In this document: in pieces, positions 34,573 to 42,267 of the stretch
Layout of the letters: every line of letters starts with the position of its first letter
Numbering within the stretch: position 1 is the stretch's first letter
IMG/VR virus record: IMGVR_UViG_3300012232_000025
Coordinates: 1 to 42,267 of that record
Reading direction: 5' to 3' (one strand)
Source of the DNA: a virus
Lineage: Duplodnaviria; Caudoviricetes
Length of the DNA stretch: 42,267 nucleotides
The notes under the pieces: model-generated
Database searches by the model: none
Seen by the model: only the letters and a program-made list of their open reading frames with translations
What the model was told of the DNA's origin: nothing
Translations under genes and position numbers: made by a program

Positions 34573-36498
34573 TTATGCCGCACCCGTGTCGGTCGAGGCG
34601 CAGAACGAAGCGGCATGCCGGACCGCCACGTCGCCCAGGGCGTTGACCACCACGCGCACCTGGTGATTGAGCGAGAGCGAGTAGGGATCCACCACGATCT
34701 CGAGCGGGATCCACATGCCCAGGATGGCGTCCGCCCAATTGCCGAAGATGACCCGGTTCGTCGGGACGATCGTCGAGGCAACCGCGCGGTACCCGTTGAC
34801 CACGCCAATCGGCGGAGTCTCCGGAGTCGCAGCCGAGCCGGCCGCCGGGATGACCGGAATGAAACCGGAATCCTGCCACAGGTAACCGCCCGTGTTCGTC
34901 GTCGCCGTCTTCGGGATGTTCTTCCATTTCCCGCGCGTCGCCGGCGTGGACAGGTAGGCCAGGCTGCCAAAGTCCGCGTTGGCGTTGGCCACCGCGGTTT
35001 CGAAATCCAGGACCTTCGGCCAGGTCGCCGCGCCACCGAAGGTGACCGTGCCGATTCCGCTGGTGGCGAGGATGCCGGTGGGCTGCCCGCCGGCGCCGCT
35101 GCCCGCGATGATCGCGAGGTCGAACCCGCGCGCGATGGTGGCCGCCAGGTCGTCCCGGACAAAGGCCTCCACGTCGATGGTGCTCTGAACCACGAGCTGG
35201 CGGGAGTAAGCCGTCGCCGCCCCGTAGCGTTTGGGCGAGAGCGGGACCTGCCCGAACGTTTGCGCGCTGGGCACGATCGGCGCGGCCTCCGCCAACCAGG
35301 CGCCAGTCGCGCCGGCGGTGACAGCCGGAATGGAAACGTTCCCCTGCAGCCCGAACATCGTCCGAACGCCGAGCATGCCGGCGATCAGGCGCGCGCGCAG
35401 GAGCTCAATCAGCTCGGAACCGAGTACATCAGTCTGAACGGTGGCGCCACCCAGGGCGCCGGAGCCAGCCGCCAGGTCCGCGCGCGTGGCGCTGACAAAC
35501 GAGCGCTGCACGTCGAAGGGGATGTAAAAGCTGCGGTCGTTCGTTTTGAGTGAGAACCGTTGAGCGAAGGCGTCGGAGGCCTCCCGCTCCAGGCCGGTGA
35601 GTCCGCCCTCGAATGCGATCGAGGCCATGGCTCGCAAGATCGAAAATCGGCGAACCTCGCCATGGCTCATGCCGATATTCGGGTCCACCGGCTGGCGAGC
35701 CGGAGAGGGAGCCGAGGAACGCACGGGCCGTTGCACGTCGTCCATGAACTGGACGAAGGGCGTGCCATCGGAGATCGCGCGCATGGCCGCCACCTGATGC
35801 TGCGGAAAGGCCTGGCCGAAACGAGCGATCCGCGCGCCGTCGCCCTGGTCGTTCGTCACCGTCACCGCGCTTACGGGCGGCGTGGCGACAGGAGTCGGCG
35901 CCGGAACCTGGTCGTTGGTTCGGGTTTGAACGGCCGGCGTCGCCGGAGTGTTTGGCTGAGTGTTCATTTGAGAAAGTGGATCGAGTTGCCTTCCGACTCC
36001 GACCGAGTCATCGGCCGGGACGCTGACCACCGAAACCTCGAGGGGCTCCCACGATGTCACCCGGTAGGTGTCGTTATTGCCCTCGGTCTTTTCCAAAACG
36101 GCCGCGTTGACGCGGTAGCCAACCGAGATCTTCCCGCGGATCCCGTCGACGATGTCCTTGAAGATGACGTCCGCCTCGGGGCTGCGGGAGAAGCGAACCT
36201 CGGCGCGGAGCCGGCGGTCTTCGATCCAGGCCTTTTCGACCACGCCGATCTGCCGATCGGTATCGTGCCCCAGGAGGAGGGGCGCCCGGTTCTTCATCCG
36301 GTCCATCGAAACCGAGCTGCGGCCGTGGTCGAGAATCTCGAACCCGAACCACCGCGAACAGGGTTCCTCGGAACTCACCGAGAGCTGAACCGTCCGGGCC
36401 TCCTGGTTGACCGTGTCCCGGGCAAGCTCAATGCACCGGTGCAACCGGCCGCGGAGGCCCTCGGTGGTCAACGTTGCGTCTGCAATTTGGACCGGCAT
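34573..36498 (-). CDS. Prohead protease-scaffold-major capsid protein fusion (HK97 fold)
   Basis: PLLLGHD...IGVV...ISVGY...LEVSVVSVPAD protease; Pro/Thr linker; GGATVQT...IFGNW...DPYSL...DVAVRHAASF capsid. Confidence 0.92.
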   Translation of the reverse strand: MPVQIADATLTTEGLRGRLHRCIELARDTVNQEARTVQLSVSSEEPCSRWFGFEILDHGRSSVSMDRMKNRAPLLLGHDTDRQIGVVEKAWIEDRRLRAEVRFSRSPEADVIFKDIVDGIRGKISVGYRVNAAVLEKTEGNNDTYRVTSWEPLEVSVVSVPADDSVGVGRQLDPLSQMNTQPNTPATPAVQTRTNDQVPAPTPVATPPVSAVTVTNDQGDGARIARFGQAFPQHQVAAMRAISDGTPFVQFMDDVQRPVRSSAPSPARQPVDPNIGMSHGEVRRFSILRAMASIAFEGGLTGLEREASDAFAQRFSLKTNDRSFYIPFDVQRSFVSATRADLAAGSGALGGATVQTDVLGSELIELLRARLIAGMLGVRTMFGLQGNVSIPAVTAGATGAWLAEAAPIVPSAQTFGQVPLSPKRYGAATAYSRQLVVQSTIDVEAFVRDDLAATIARGFDLAIIAGSGAGGQPTGILATSGIGTVTFGGAATWPKVLDFETAVANANADFGSLAYLSTPATRGKWKNIPKTATTNTGGYLWQDSGFIPVIPAAGSAATPETPPIGVVNGYRAVASTIVPTNRVIFGNWADAILGMWIPLEIVVDPYSLSLNHQVRVVVNALGDVAVRHAASFCASTDTGAA

Positions 36499-38127
36499 CT
36501 ACCCTCCGGGAAAACGTTCGGGTTTTAAGTGTCCATTGCCGGACCGGCTCGGGGCCCGGGGGGCTTCGCCGTCGCCGTCCTTTTCATCCCCGGAATCGTC
36601 CGCGGCCGCCGCACCCGCGGGGGCGCCCGGCTGAGCCCCGGCCGCCGCCGGATCCGCGGCCAGGCCCGCGGCTTCGAGGACCTTCTTCTCGGCCGCCAAT
36701 TCCTGAATCGTCTGTGTGAAGGACCCGCCCTGCTCCGCCACAATTTGCGTCCGGCTTCGGACCCCCAACGCAACCCCCTGCGTTGCGGCGCCAATCTCCT
36801 TCTGCGGATCAACCCAGGCCCAACCGCGGGGGCGCCACAGGACCTGGTCAAACTCGCGAGCCTCCTCGATCGAGAGAGGGATGGCTCCGACATAGGCCTG
36901 GGCCACGAGCCAGGCGCGGAAGATTGGCCGGCAGAAGCCCTGGATGAATTCATCCTGGAGGACCGAGTAGCCGTCGTGTTCGTCCAGGAGCCCGATACGG
37001 GCGCTGGAATAATTCACGGCCTCGAGGTCCCCGGTCAGCGTGTGGTACGAGATGTCCCCGGAGGCGGCCACCCCACGAAGCATGCTCTTGGCAAAGGCGC
37101 TGAAGTTGGCGTTCGGGTGTTGAGGATCGAACTGCTTGAGGTCGGACCCGGCCGGCAGCTCTTCAAAGGTACCAGGCTGAGCTTCGACGATCGTGTTCCC
37201 TTGTTCGTCTTGCCCGTCGCCGGAGTATTCCGTGCCAACCGGAGGAACGATGAAACCCATCTTCGAAGCGGCCACCCGAGACGCCACGAGCTCCGCCTCT
37301 TCGTACCCGCCCAACATATTGATCCGGGCAATGGCGCTGAAAAGCCAGGGGACCCCACGGGTCTGGCCGATGAAATCCTCCATGTACCAGTGCACCATTT
37401 CCTCGGCCGGAATCCGCAACCGTTCCCCACGGCCAACCCGCTGCATTCCCCCGAGGAAATCATCCGGATTCTGCCGGTACGGGTGGTAAGCCAGGCGCCG
37501 ACCTTGGGCGTCAAACTCAACCCCCAGGCGCATCTCCCCGCCCGCCTGGGCGCCGGAGTTGAGCTGCTCGTCAAGCTGCTCAGGAACAAACCACTGCAGG
37601 GAAAGGAGGAACGGATTGGCCTGGTCTCTAACCAGCCGGCAAAACACTTCCCCGTCCGTGCACCCGTTCCGGAGGGCCTGGCGTTGCACTTGCGGCCAGG
37701 ACGTGCGGCCGCCCGTCGTGCACCAGGCGGAGCAACCCCACTGGATCCACCGCCGCTCGATGGCGTTCGCCTCCTCCCGCGAAAGCCGCAATGCCGCGGA
37801 GGCGTCGTCCCCCCGCCCCAGGATGCTGAGCTGCACGCCAGCCGGACCGGCAATGTTCTTCTCCACCAGGCGCGCGTACCGGCGCGCGTAGGGCTCGTTC
37901 TTGACCAGCTGCCGGGAGCGGCCGCGCATGAGCCGGAGCTGCCGGACCAGGTCGGAATCGGCGCTGAGCGAACTCCCGGAGAAATCGAGGGTGAGCCGGG
38001 ATTGGGCGCCGGCGTCGTACCCGCGACGCTGGCGCTGGAAGGTCCGGAGGGCGCCGGTCATGGAGGCCCGCGCGGCGCCCATGGGCATGTACCCCAAAAG
38101 GCCGAGGAACCGGCGCAAGAGCTTCAT
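36499..38127 (-). CDS. Lambda-family portal protein
   Basis: MRGRSRQLVKN, DGEVF, GQTRGVPW, LTGDLEAVNYSSAR, WVDPQKE; ATG at 38127. Confidence 0.93.
   Translation of the reverse strand: MKLLRRFLGLLGYMPMGAARASMTGALRTFQRQRRGYDAGAQSRLTLDFSGSSLSADSDLVRQLRLMRGRSRQLVKNEPYARRYARLVEKNIAGPAGVQLSILGRGDDASAALRLSREEANAIERRWIQWGCSAWCTTGGRTSWPQVQRQALRNGCTDGEVFCRLVRDQANPFLLSLQWFVPEQLDEQLNSGAQAGGEMRLGVEFDAQGRRLAYHPYRQNPDDFLGGMQRVGRGERLRIPAEEMVHWYMEDFIGQTRGVPWLFSAIARINMLGGYEEAELVASRVAASKMGFIVPPVGTEYSGDGQDEQGNTIVEAQPGTFEELPAGSDLKQFDPQHPNANFSAFAKSMLRGVAASGDISYHTLTGDLEAVNYSSARIGLLDEHDGYSVLQDEFIQGFCRPIFRAWLVAQAYVGAIPLSIEEAREFDQVLWRPRGWAWVDPQKEIGAATQGVALGVRSRTQIVAEQGGSFTQTIQELAAEKKVLEAAGLAADPAAAGAQPGAPAGAAAADDSGDEKDGDGEAPRAPSRSGNGHLKPERFPGG
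36513..36527 (-). promoter_or_regulatory. Candidate late regulatory motif TAAAACCCGAACGTT (copy upstream of capsid gene)
   Basis: Exact 15-bp copy also at 38724-38738; both end 14-15 nt before an ATG. Confidence 0.6.
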
Positions 38128-38708
38128 GGCGTGGTGAACCGGGCCAGGATCCGCCGCCGGTTCCCGCGGGCGCCGGTCCCTCCTTCGCACGGACTGAGGG
38201 CTGCTTTCTCCTCGGCCACCTGCTGACGGGTCGAGGCCAGGGCGCGGAAGTATTCGTCCAGGCTCCGGAACTGCACGAGCATCCCGTCAACGGTCATGCT
38301 GGCGTACCCGCTCGCCATGACCTGGGGACCAATCGCCAGGAGGGCGGCGAGCATGCGCTCGGACGGCGTGGTCGGATCGAAGCCAGGCGCGGTCAGGTCC
38401 GGGCAGGAGAGCGATCGGCCGGCGGCGATCGTTTCGACCAGGGCCAGGTTGCTGGCCCGGGTTTGCCAAGCGACGGCGCCGGCCGGCATTGCGCTCGTTT
38501 GAGCCGGGGTCAGGGCGAACCGGTACTCGGTCGGACCCGAGGCCACCCCGTCCACCACAACCGCGGCCGCACCGGCCGGCCGAAGGGACGTCTTGAGGGA
38601 CCAGCCGGAGGCCGAAGGGTGGGCAGGAGCCGAGACCGTCCAGGCGACGGAATCCCCCTGCACCCAGCTTGCAGGGGGACCCCCAGTCGCGGAACAACCA
38701 CAAGGCAT
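38124..38708 (-). CDS. Head-tail joining protein (gpW-like C-terminus)
   Basis: QGDSVAW...GWSL...YASMTVDGMLVQFRSLDEY...; lies between TerL and portal. Confidence 0.75.
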   Translation of the reverse strand: MPCGCSATGGPPASWVQGDSVAWTVSAPAHPSASGWSLKTSLRPAGAAAVVVDGVASGPTEYRFALTPAQTSAMPAGAVAWQTRASNLALVETIAAGRSLSCPDLTAPGFDPTTPSERMLAALLAIGPQVMASGYASMTVDGMLVQFRSLDEYFRALASTRQQVAEEKAALSPCEGGTGARGNRRRILARFTTP

Positions 38709-38723
38709 GCCAACCTTGCCCGG

Positions 38724-38738
38724 AACGTTCGGGTTTTA
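38724..38738 (-). promoter_or_regulatory. Candidate late regulatory motif TAAAACCCGAACGTT (copy upstream of gpW-like gene)
   Basis: Identical to 36513-36527; immediately downstream of the moron terminator. Confidence 0.6.
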
Positions 38739-38759
38739 GCGGCAACCGGCAGGCGCAAT

Positions 38760-38789
38760 AAAAAGGCCCCCGAGGGCTGTCCGGGGGCC
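38760..38789 (-). terminator. Intrinsic terminator of the HicAB moron
   Basis: Minus strand GGCCCCCGG-ACAGCCC-TCGGGGGCC-TTTTT. Confidence 0.8.
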
Positions 38790-38846
38790 GCAAAAAGCGC
38801 GATGTTGGCCCAACGTCGCGAGCCGCAGGGCGGCAAAGTATGGGGG

Positions 38847-39032
38847 TTATTTTGCCACCTTCGTTTTACGGACCTTCAGCAGCACTGCTCGCTGCGCACG
38901 GTCAAACCAATCGTCCGACAATTCCGGGATATCCGAACAATCGACCGGCTTGTCCGCCAGCTTGCGCAAGCGCTCTCGATCGGCCTCGGACAATCGCTTG
39001 AGGTCTTCCCGTTTGACTCTCACGAGGCTCAT
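38847..39032 (-). CDS. BrnA-antitoxin-like N-terminal peptide (61 aa)
   Basis: RERLRKLADKPVDCSDIPELSDDWFDRA; SD-like AAGGAAAGG; no RHH C-terminus. Confidence 0.6.
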   Translation of the reverse strand: MSLVRVKREDLKRLSEADRERLRKLADKPVDCSDIPELSDDWFDRAQRAVLLKVRKTKVAK

Positions 39033-39049
39033 ACTCAGGGCCTTTCCTT

Positions 39050-39424
39050 TCAGGCCTTCGGCCCCGGCTGGCCTGACAGTACGTGGCGAATCGCGATGGA
39101 CTCTTCCCGCGAGAGCTTGGTTTTGCGGCGCAGTTTGCTGGCGAGCGTGCGCTGGTTGACCCCGGAAAGATTCGCCAGCCTCGAAAGGTTCAGGATCGGA
39201 CGAAGGACGGTCAGCTCTTCCGCCAGTGCATCGGGCGCCGGAATGGGATCGCCGCATTTGTGCATCACCCGGAGGCAGGCATCGATCGCCTCCTCGATGT
39301 GCTTTGCCGCTTCAACTCGAGTGCGCCCCGTGGTGATGCAACCGGATAGCGCCGGAGCAACCGCGATGAAGCACAGGTCGACTTCGTCCCACCAGATCTG
39401 AGTGGAGTAGGTGTGTTTCTTCAT
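39050..39424 (-). CDS. hicB: HicB antitoxin with C-terminal HTH
   Basis: FIAVAPALSGCITTGRTRVEAAKHIEEAI...GDPIPAP; LNLSRLANLSGVNQRTL. Confidence 0.92.
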   Translation of the reverse strand: MKKHTYSTQIWWDEVDLCFIAVAPALSGCITTGRTRVEAAKHIEEAIDACLRVMHKCGDPIPAPDALAEELTVLRPILNLSRLANLSGVNQRTLASKLRRKTKLSREESIAIRHVLSGQPGPKA

Positions 39425-39642
39425 GGAAGGAAGGCTCTGATTTGTTTGGCTTGGTACTCGGGAATCGTTTTGCGGTGCGTCGCTATCACGACCAATTCAC
39501 CCGGCCCGCGTCGCCAGATGCGATGGCTGCCCTGAATCCGTTGCAGGGAGAAACCCAACCGGCGAAGGATCACCTGCACCTCGGCAATGGTGAGTTCCCG
39601 GCCCTCTTTGAGCTTCTCCATCAGCTTCTCTGCGCGACTCAT
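39421..39642 (-). CDS. hicA: HicA mRNA interferase toxin
   Basis: LRRLGFSLQRIQGSHRIW (GSH catalytic His)...YQAKQI; ATGA overlap with hicB. Confidence 0.92.
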   Translation of the reverse strand: MSRAEKLMEKLKEGRELTIAEVQVILRRLGFSLQRIQGSHRIWRRGPGELVVIATHRKTIPEYQAKQIRAFLP

Positions 39643-39651
39643 TACGGCGAT

Positions 39652-39705
39652 AAAGTTGCATCAAATTTGATGCACGTCAAATGCCGTTGCATCAAATTTA
39701 GTGCA
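39652..39705 (-). promoter_or_regulatory. hicAB promoter with two palindromic operators
   Basis: -35 TTGACG (39680-39675); perfect palindrome TGCATCAAATTTGATGCA (39657-39674) in the spacer; second copy TGCATCAAATTTAGTGCA (39688-39705). Confidence 0.8.
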
Positions 39706-39716
39706 GGCTTCAGCCG

Positions 39717-41621
39717 CTAATATCGGCGCCACCCGCCGGCGAACCCCCGGCGCTGTCCCGTGGAGAAGGGGCGCATTGACGGTTTGCCGGGCGCCGGCGG
39801 CGTGGGCCGGGACACCGGCAATTGAGTCTCCCGGCCCGCGGCCGAGGTTGTCGGCGCCGCGAGTCTCTTCGCCAGACCAGCCTCGAGCCGTCGCCAATTT
39901 GGGTTCAGGTACCGGAGCATGGCGAAGGCATAGACCCGCGCGTCCAAGGCTTCATTGCGCGCGCGCGTCTTGTGCCACTCGCGAACCGCGAACCCACGCC
40001 GAAAGGTGATCCGCAATTCCTCCGCCGTGAGCCCGGAGAAGAAAGCAGCGTCGTACCCGGCGCCCTGCGGGAAATGACAGTAACCGGGAGCTGGCTCCTC
40101 GAGCTGCAGGTGCGAATAGAGAAGCGCCTTCGCCTGGTCCGTCCCGATGGTGACGACGGCCGCCTTATGCCGGTTGTTCCGCCGGAGGGCGCTGATGAAG
40201 GGCGCCCCCATGGTGGGGCTGCCCTTCACCCCGAGGATGCCGCGCGCAAACCGCGACCTGGTCCACCGAAGGACGTCGTCGGTGAAGGCGCCGTAGTCGA
40301 TGCCGGCCGCCACCACCCGAAGCTCAAGCCCGTCTTCCCGCGTCCATTTCTGATTCAGATGCTCCTCAAGCGCGAGCCATGGCCCTGCACTATCCGGCCG
40401 GCCAGGGATCACCTTGTACTGAACACCCCAGCTCTCTTCTCCCAATCCCCACCCGACAATTTCCACCTCGAGCCGATCGGCCTGAACGTCGCACCCCGCG
40501 GTCAACACGAGCACTCCGGCCGGGACCGTGGGACCATAAGCCTCCGCTCGTTTCATAAGCTCTCCCTCGGCGATTCGTTCAGCTTGTTCCTCCCAGCTTT
40601 CGGCCAGGAACGTGTTGACCCACACGCGCAGCCGCATCGATCCGGCGGCGCGAGCGTCCAGGAATTGAGCCGCCATTTGATGGAGCCGGTTCTCGTACCC
40701 CCGGCCGAACCGGAAAGGGGTGGCGATCCCATTGATGTGATACCCGCGCGGCCGCCGTTCGGGATGGCGCGGACGCCACTGCCCTCGCCGAACCATGGCG
40801 ATGCGTTCGGCGTCGTTCAGATGCGCCTGGCACCCGGCGCATTCGTACCAGGCCGCCTGCGGTTCGTCCTTCGGCCACTGCACCTGCGCCCAAAGCAGGA
40901 TTTGAAAATGGCCGCACCGCGGGCAGGGACACCACCACTCGCGCTGGTCGCTTTCCTCCCAGGCGACGTCGATCCTCGAGGCGCCACGGATGGTGGGGGT
41001 GGATGTCTTGATGACTATCGCGTTCCAAAAGCTTTCCGCGCGCCGTTCCGCGAGCGCGCACGGGTCACCTTCGGTCCCGGCCGAGGGCGGATAGCGGTCG
41101 ATCTCGTCCAGGAGGATCACCCGCCGCGGCCGGCCGGCGAGACCACTGGGAGCGTTCGCCCCCACGATCGCAATATTCCCGCCCTCAAAGGTCTTGTGCA
41201 GGATGGTGTTCTCGGAATCCCGGGACCGCGCCTCCCGGACCCGGCCGGAGAGGACCGGCGTATCCCGGAGCATCGGCGCCAGGCGCTCCTTGCTCCAGGC
41301 CTGCGCCATCTCAACCGTCGGCTGCACCATCAGGATGGGCGCCGGTTCGGCGTCGATGAAGAATCCGACAATGTTCGAGAGGATCTCCGTCTTGCCCAAC
41401 TGCGCTGCCCAGTGAAGGCAGACACTCGGGACCCGCGGATCGGTCACCGCCTCCTGCGGTTCACGCTGGTACGGGGCCAGGGCGGAAAGGTACTTGCCCG
41501 GCTGGGCTGAGGATTCCCGGGAGAGGAACCGGTGGCGGTCCGCCCACTGCAGGCAATTGAACCGGGGCGGTGGAGCCAGGAGGGCTGCCAGTCTTCGAAG
41601 CACCGTTGCCGTTGCGCTCAT
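39717..41621 (-). CDS. Terminase large subunit (lambda GpA family)
   Basis: PYQREP, AQLGKTE, ILLDEID, STPT, CPRC/CAGC, GCDVQ, RNEALD. Confidence 0.96.
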   Translation of the reverse strand: MSATATVLRRLAALLAPPPRFNCLQWADRHRFLSRESSAQPGKYLSALAPYQREPQEAVTDPRVPSVCLHWAAQLGKTEILSNIVGFFIDAEPAPILMVQPTVEMAQAWSKERLAPMLRDTPVLSGRVREARSRDSENTILHKTFEGGNIAIVGANAPSGLAGRPRRVILLDEIDRYPPSAGTEGDPCALAERRAESFWNAIVIKTSTPTIRGASRIDVAWEESDQREWWCPCPRCGHFQILLWAQVQWPKDEPQAAWYECAGCQAHLNDAERIAMVRRGQWRPRHPERRPRGYHINGIATPFRFGRGYENRLHQMAAQFLDARAAGSMRLRVWVNTFLAESWEEQAERIAEGELMKRAEAYGPTVPAGVLVLTAGCDVQADRLEVEIVGWGLGEESWGVQYKVIPGRPDSAGPWLALEEHLNQKWTREDGLELRVVAAGIDYGAFTDDVLRWTRSRFARGILGVKGSPTMGAPFISALRRNNRHKAAVVTIGTDQAKALLYSHLQLEEPAPGYCHFPQGAGYDAAFFSGLTAEELRITFRRGFAVREWHKTRARNEALDARVYAFAMLRYLNPNWRRLEAGLAKRLAAPTTSAAGRETQLPVSRPTPPAPGKPSMRPFSTGQRRGFAGGWRRY

Positions 41622-42120
41622 GTTTTTCGGCCGCGAGGTTCAGAAGGCCGGACAGGTCACCGAGCACTCGCTCCTTCTCATCAGGGTCCAGACCGCTGGC
41701 CATGATCCGCTCGCGAGCCGCACCCAAAAAGCTGGCGAGAATGGCCACCATTTGATCAACCGAAACGAGGTCCCCCCGGAGCCGCGCGTTGTCGAGGGAG
41801 AGCTTGTCAGCCCGTTCCTTCGTTTCCCGAATCTTGGCGGACGCGAGATCGAGGGTGTGCTCCGCCGGCGCGCTGCGGCCGTCGCGGATTCGCTGGTGAA
41901 GGTGGACAACGTAAGCGCGGACCGATTGCCAGAGGTCATATTTGCCGAACCTGGTCCGGAGGATAACGCCCACCGCCGCCAGCCGGCCGAGTTGCACCTC
42001 CGACACCGACAGCAGATTCGAAAGGGTCGGCGCGGACACCTCGGCCGTATCGATCTGCGCGCCGTGACCCTTCTTAACCTCACTGGCCGCCCGACTGGGC
42101 TTTGATTTCTTGCGAGGCAT
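41461..42120 (-). CDS. Terminase small subunit (Nu1-like)
   Basis: Winged HTH LSNLLSVSEVQLGRL...GKYDLWQSVRAY; coiled coil ...ARLRGDLVSVD. Confidence 0.85.
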   Translation of the reverse strand: MPRKKSKPSRAASEVKKGHGAQIDTAEVSAPTLSNLLSVSEVQLGRLAAVGVILRTRFGKYDLWQSVRAYVVHLHQRIRDGRSAPAEHTLDLASAKIRETKERADKLSLDNARLRGDLVSVDQMVAILASFLGAARERIMASGLDPDEKERVLGDLSGLLNLAAEKHERNGNGASKTGSPPGSTAPVQLPAVGGPPPVPLPGILSPAGQVPFRPGPVPA

Positions 42121-42243
42121 CGAACTCGTTTTTCATTTTTGAGCCTCCATCACGAGCGCTTCGGCGTTGGCCAGCGCCACCCGAATACGGGCCGCTGGGC
42201 CATTCGGAGTCTAACAGAGGGTTTCAAGGCCCACCCCCTAGGG

Positions 42244-42267
42244 TTCCCGAAATCCTCGCGCGTCACC
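42244..42267 (-). other. cosN-like sequence at genome end
   Basis: Minus strand GGTGACGCGCGAGGATTTCG continues the G-run from position 1 and resembles lambda GGGCGGCGACCTCGCGGGTTTTCG. Confidence 0.6.

Larger units (their letters stand above)
1..42267. mobile_element. Complete temperate siphovirus-like phage genome, excised/attP form, linearised at cos
   Basis: Full packaging, head, tail, integration, recombination and replication gene sets; no host housekeeping genes; internal attP; window ends join upstream of TerS at a lambda-cos-like sequence. Confidence 0.92.

Noticed and set aside
41461-41621. 161-bp terS/terL overlap as a recoding signal
   Set aside because: TerL has its own ATG, no slippery site was seen, and terS/terL overlaps are common.

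Overview
The window appears to be one complete, GC-rich temperate siphovirus genome (~42.3 kb) in its excised (attP) form, opened at a lambda-like cos site: a cosQ-like GGGTCCT lies at the left end and a cosN-like sequence spans the end-to-start join. Nearly all genes are on the minus strand. The late region, read from the right end, runs: TerS, GpA-type TerL, a HicAB moron, head-tail joining protein, lambda-type portal, protease-capsid fusion, head/tail completion proteins, tail tube, an 8.6 kb insert (fibre proteins, collagen, a PEP-CTERM protein, a lipoprotein, a 2-TM protein), frameshifted tail chaperones, tape measure and a GTA/lambda-like tail tip. The centre holds a plus-strand lysogeny block (RHH regulator overlapping a tyrosine integrase, an unknown gene, attP carrying the 3' half of tRNA-Arg(ACG), and a BRCT gene). 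The early region has a divergent RHH gene, excisionase, RecT-like/Cas4-like/SSB genes, a helicase, a primase-helicase, an iteron/palindrome origin and small accessory genes. Most notable: (1) the integrase may be made by -1 frameshifting out of the RHH repressor, in a switch with no CI/HTH repressor; (2) a phage-encoded PEP-CTERM surface protein sits in the late operon of a genome with no recognisable endolysin; (3) a modular fibre cluster lies between tail tube and chaperone. The host is inferred, weakly, to be an exosortase-bearing diderm such as a Verrucomicrobiota/PVC bacterium. All family calls come from motif recognition by eye; no database searches were run.
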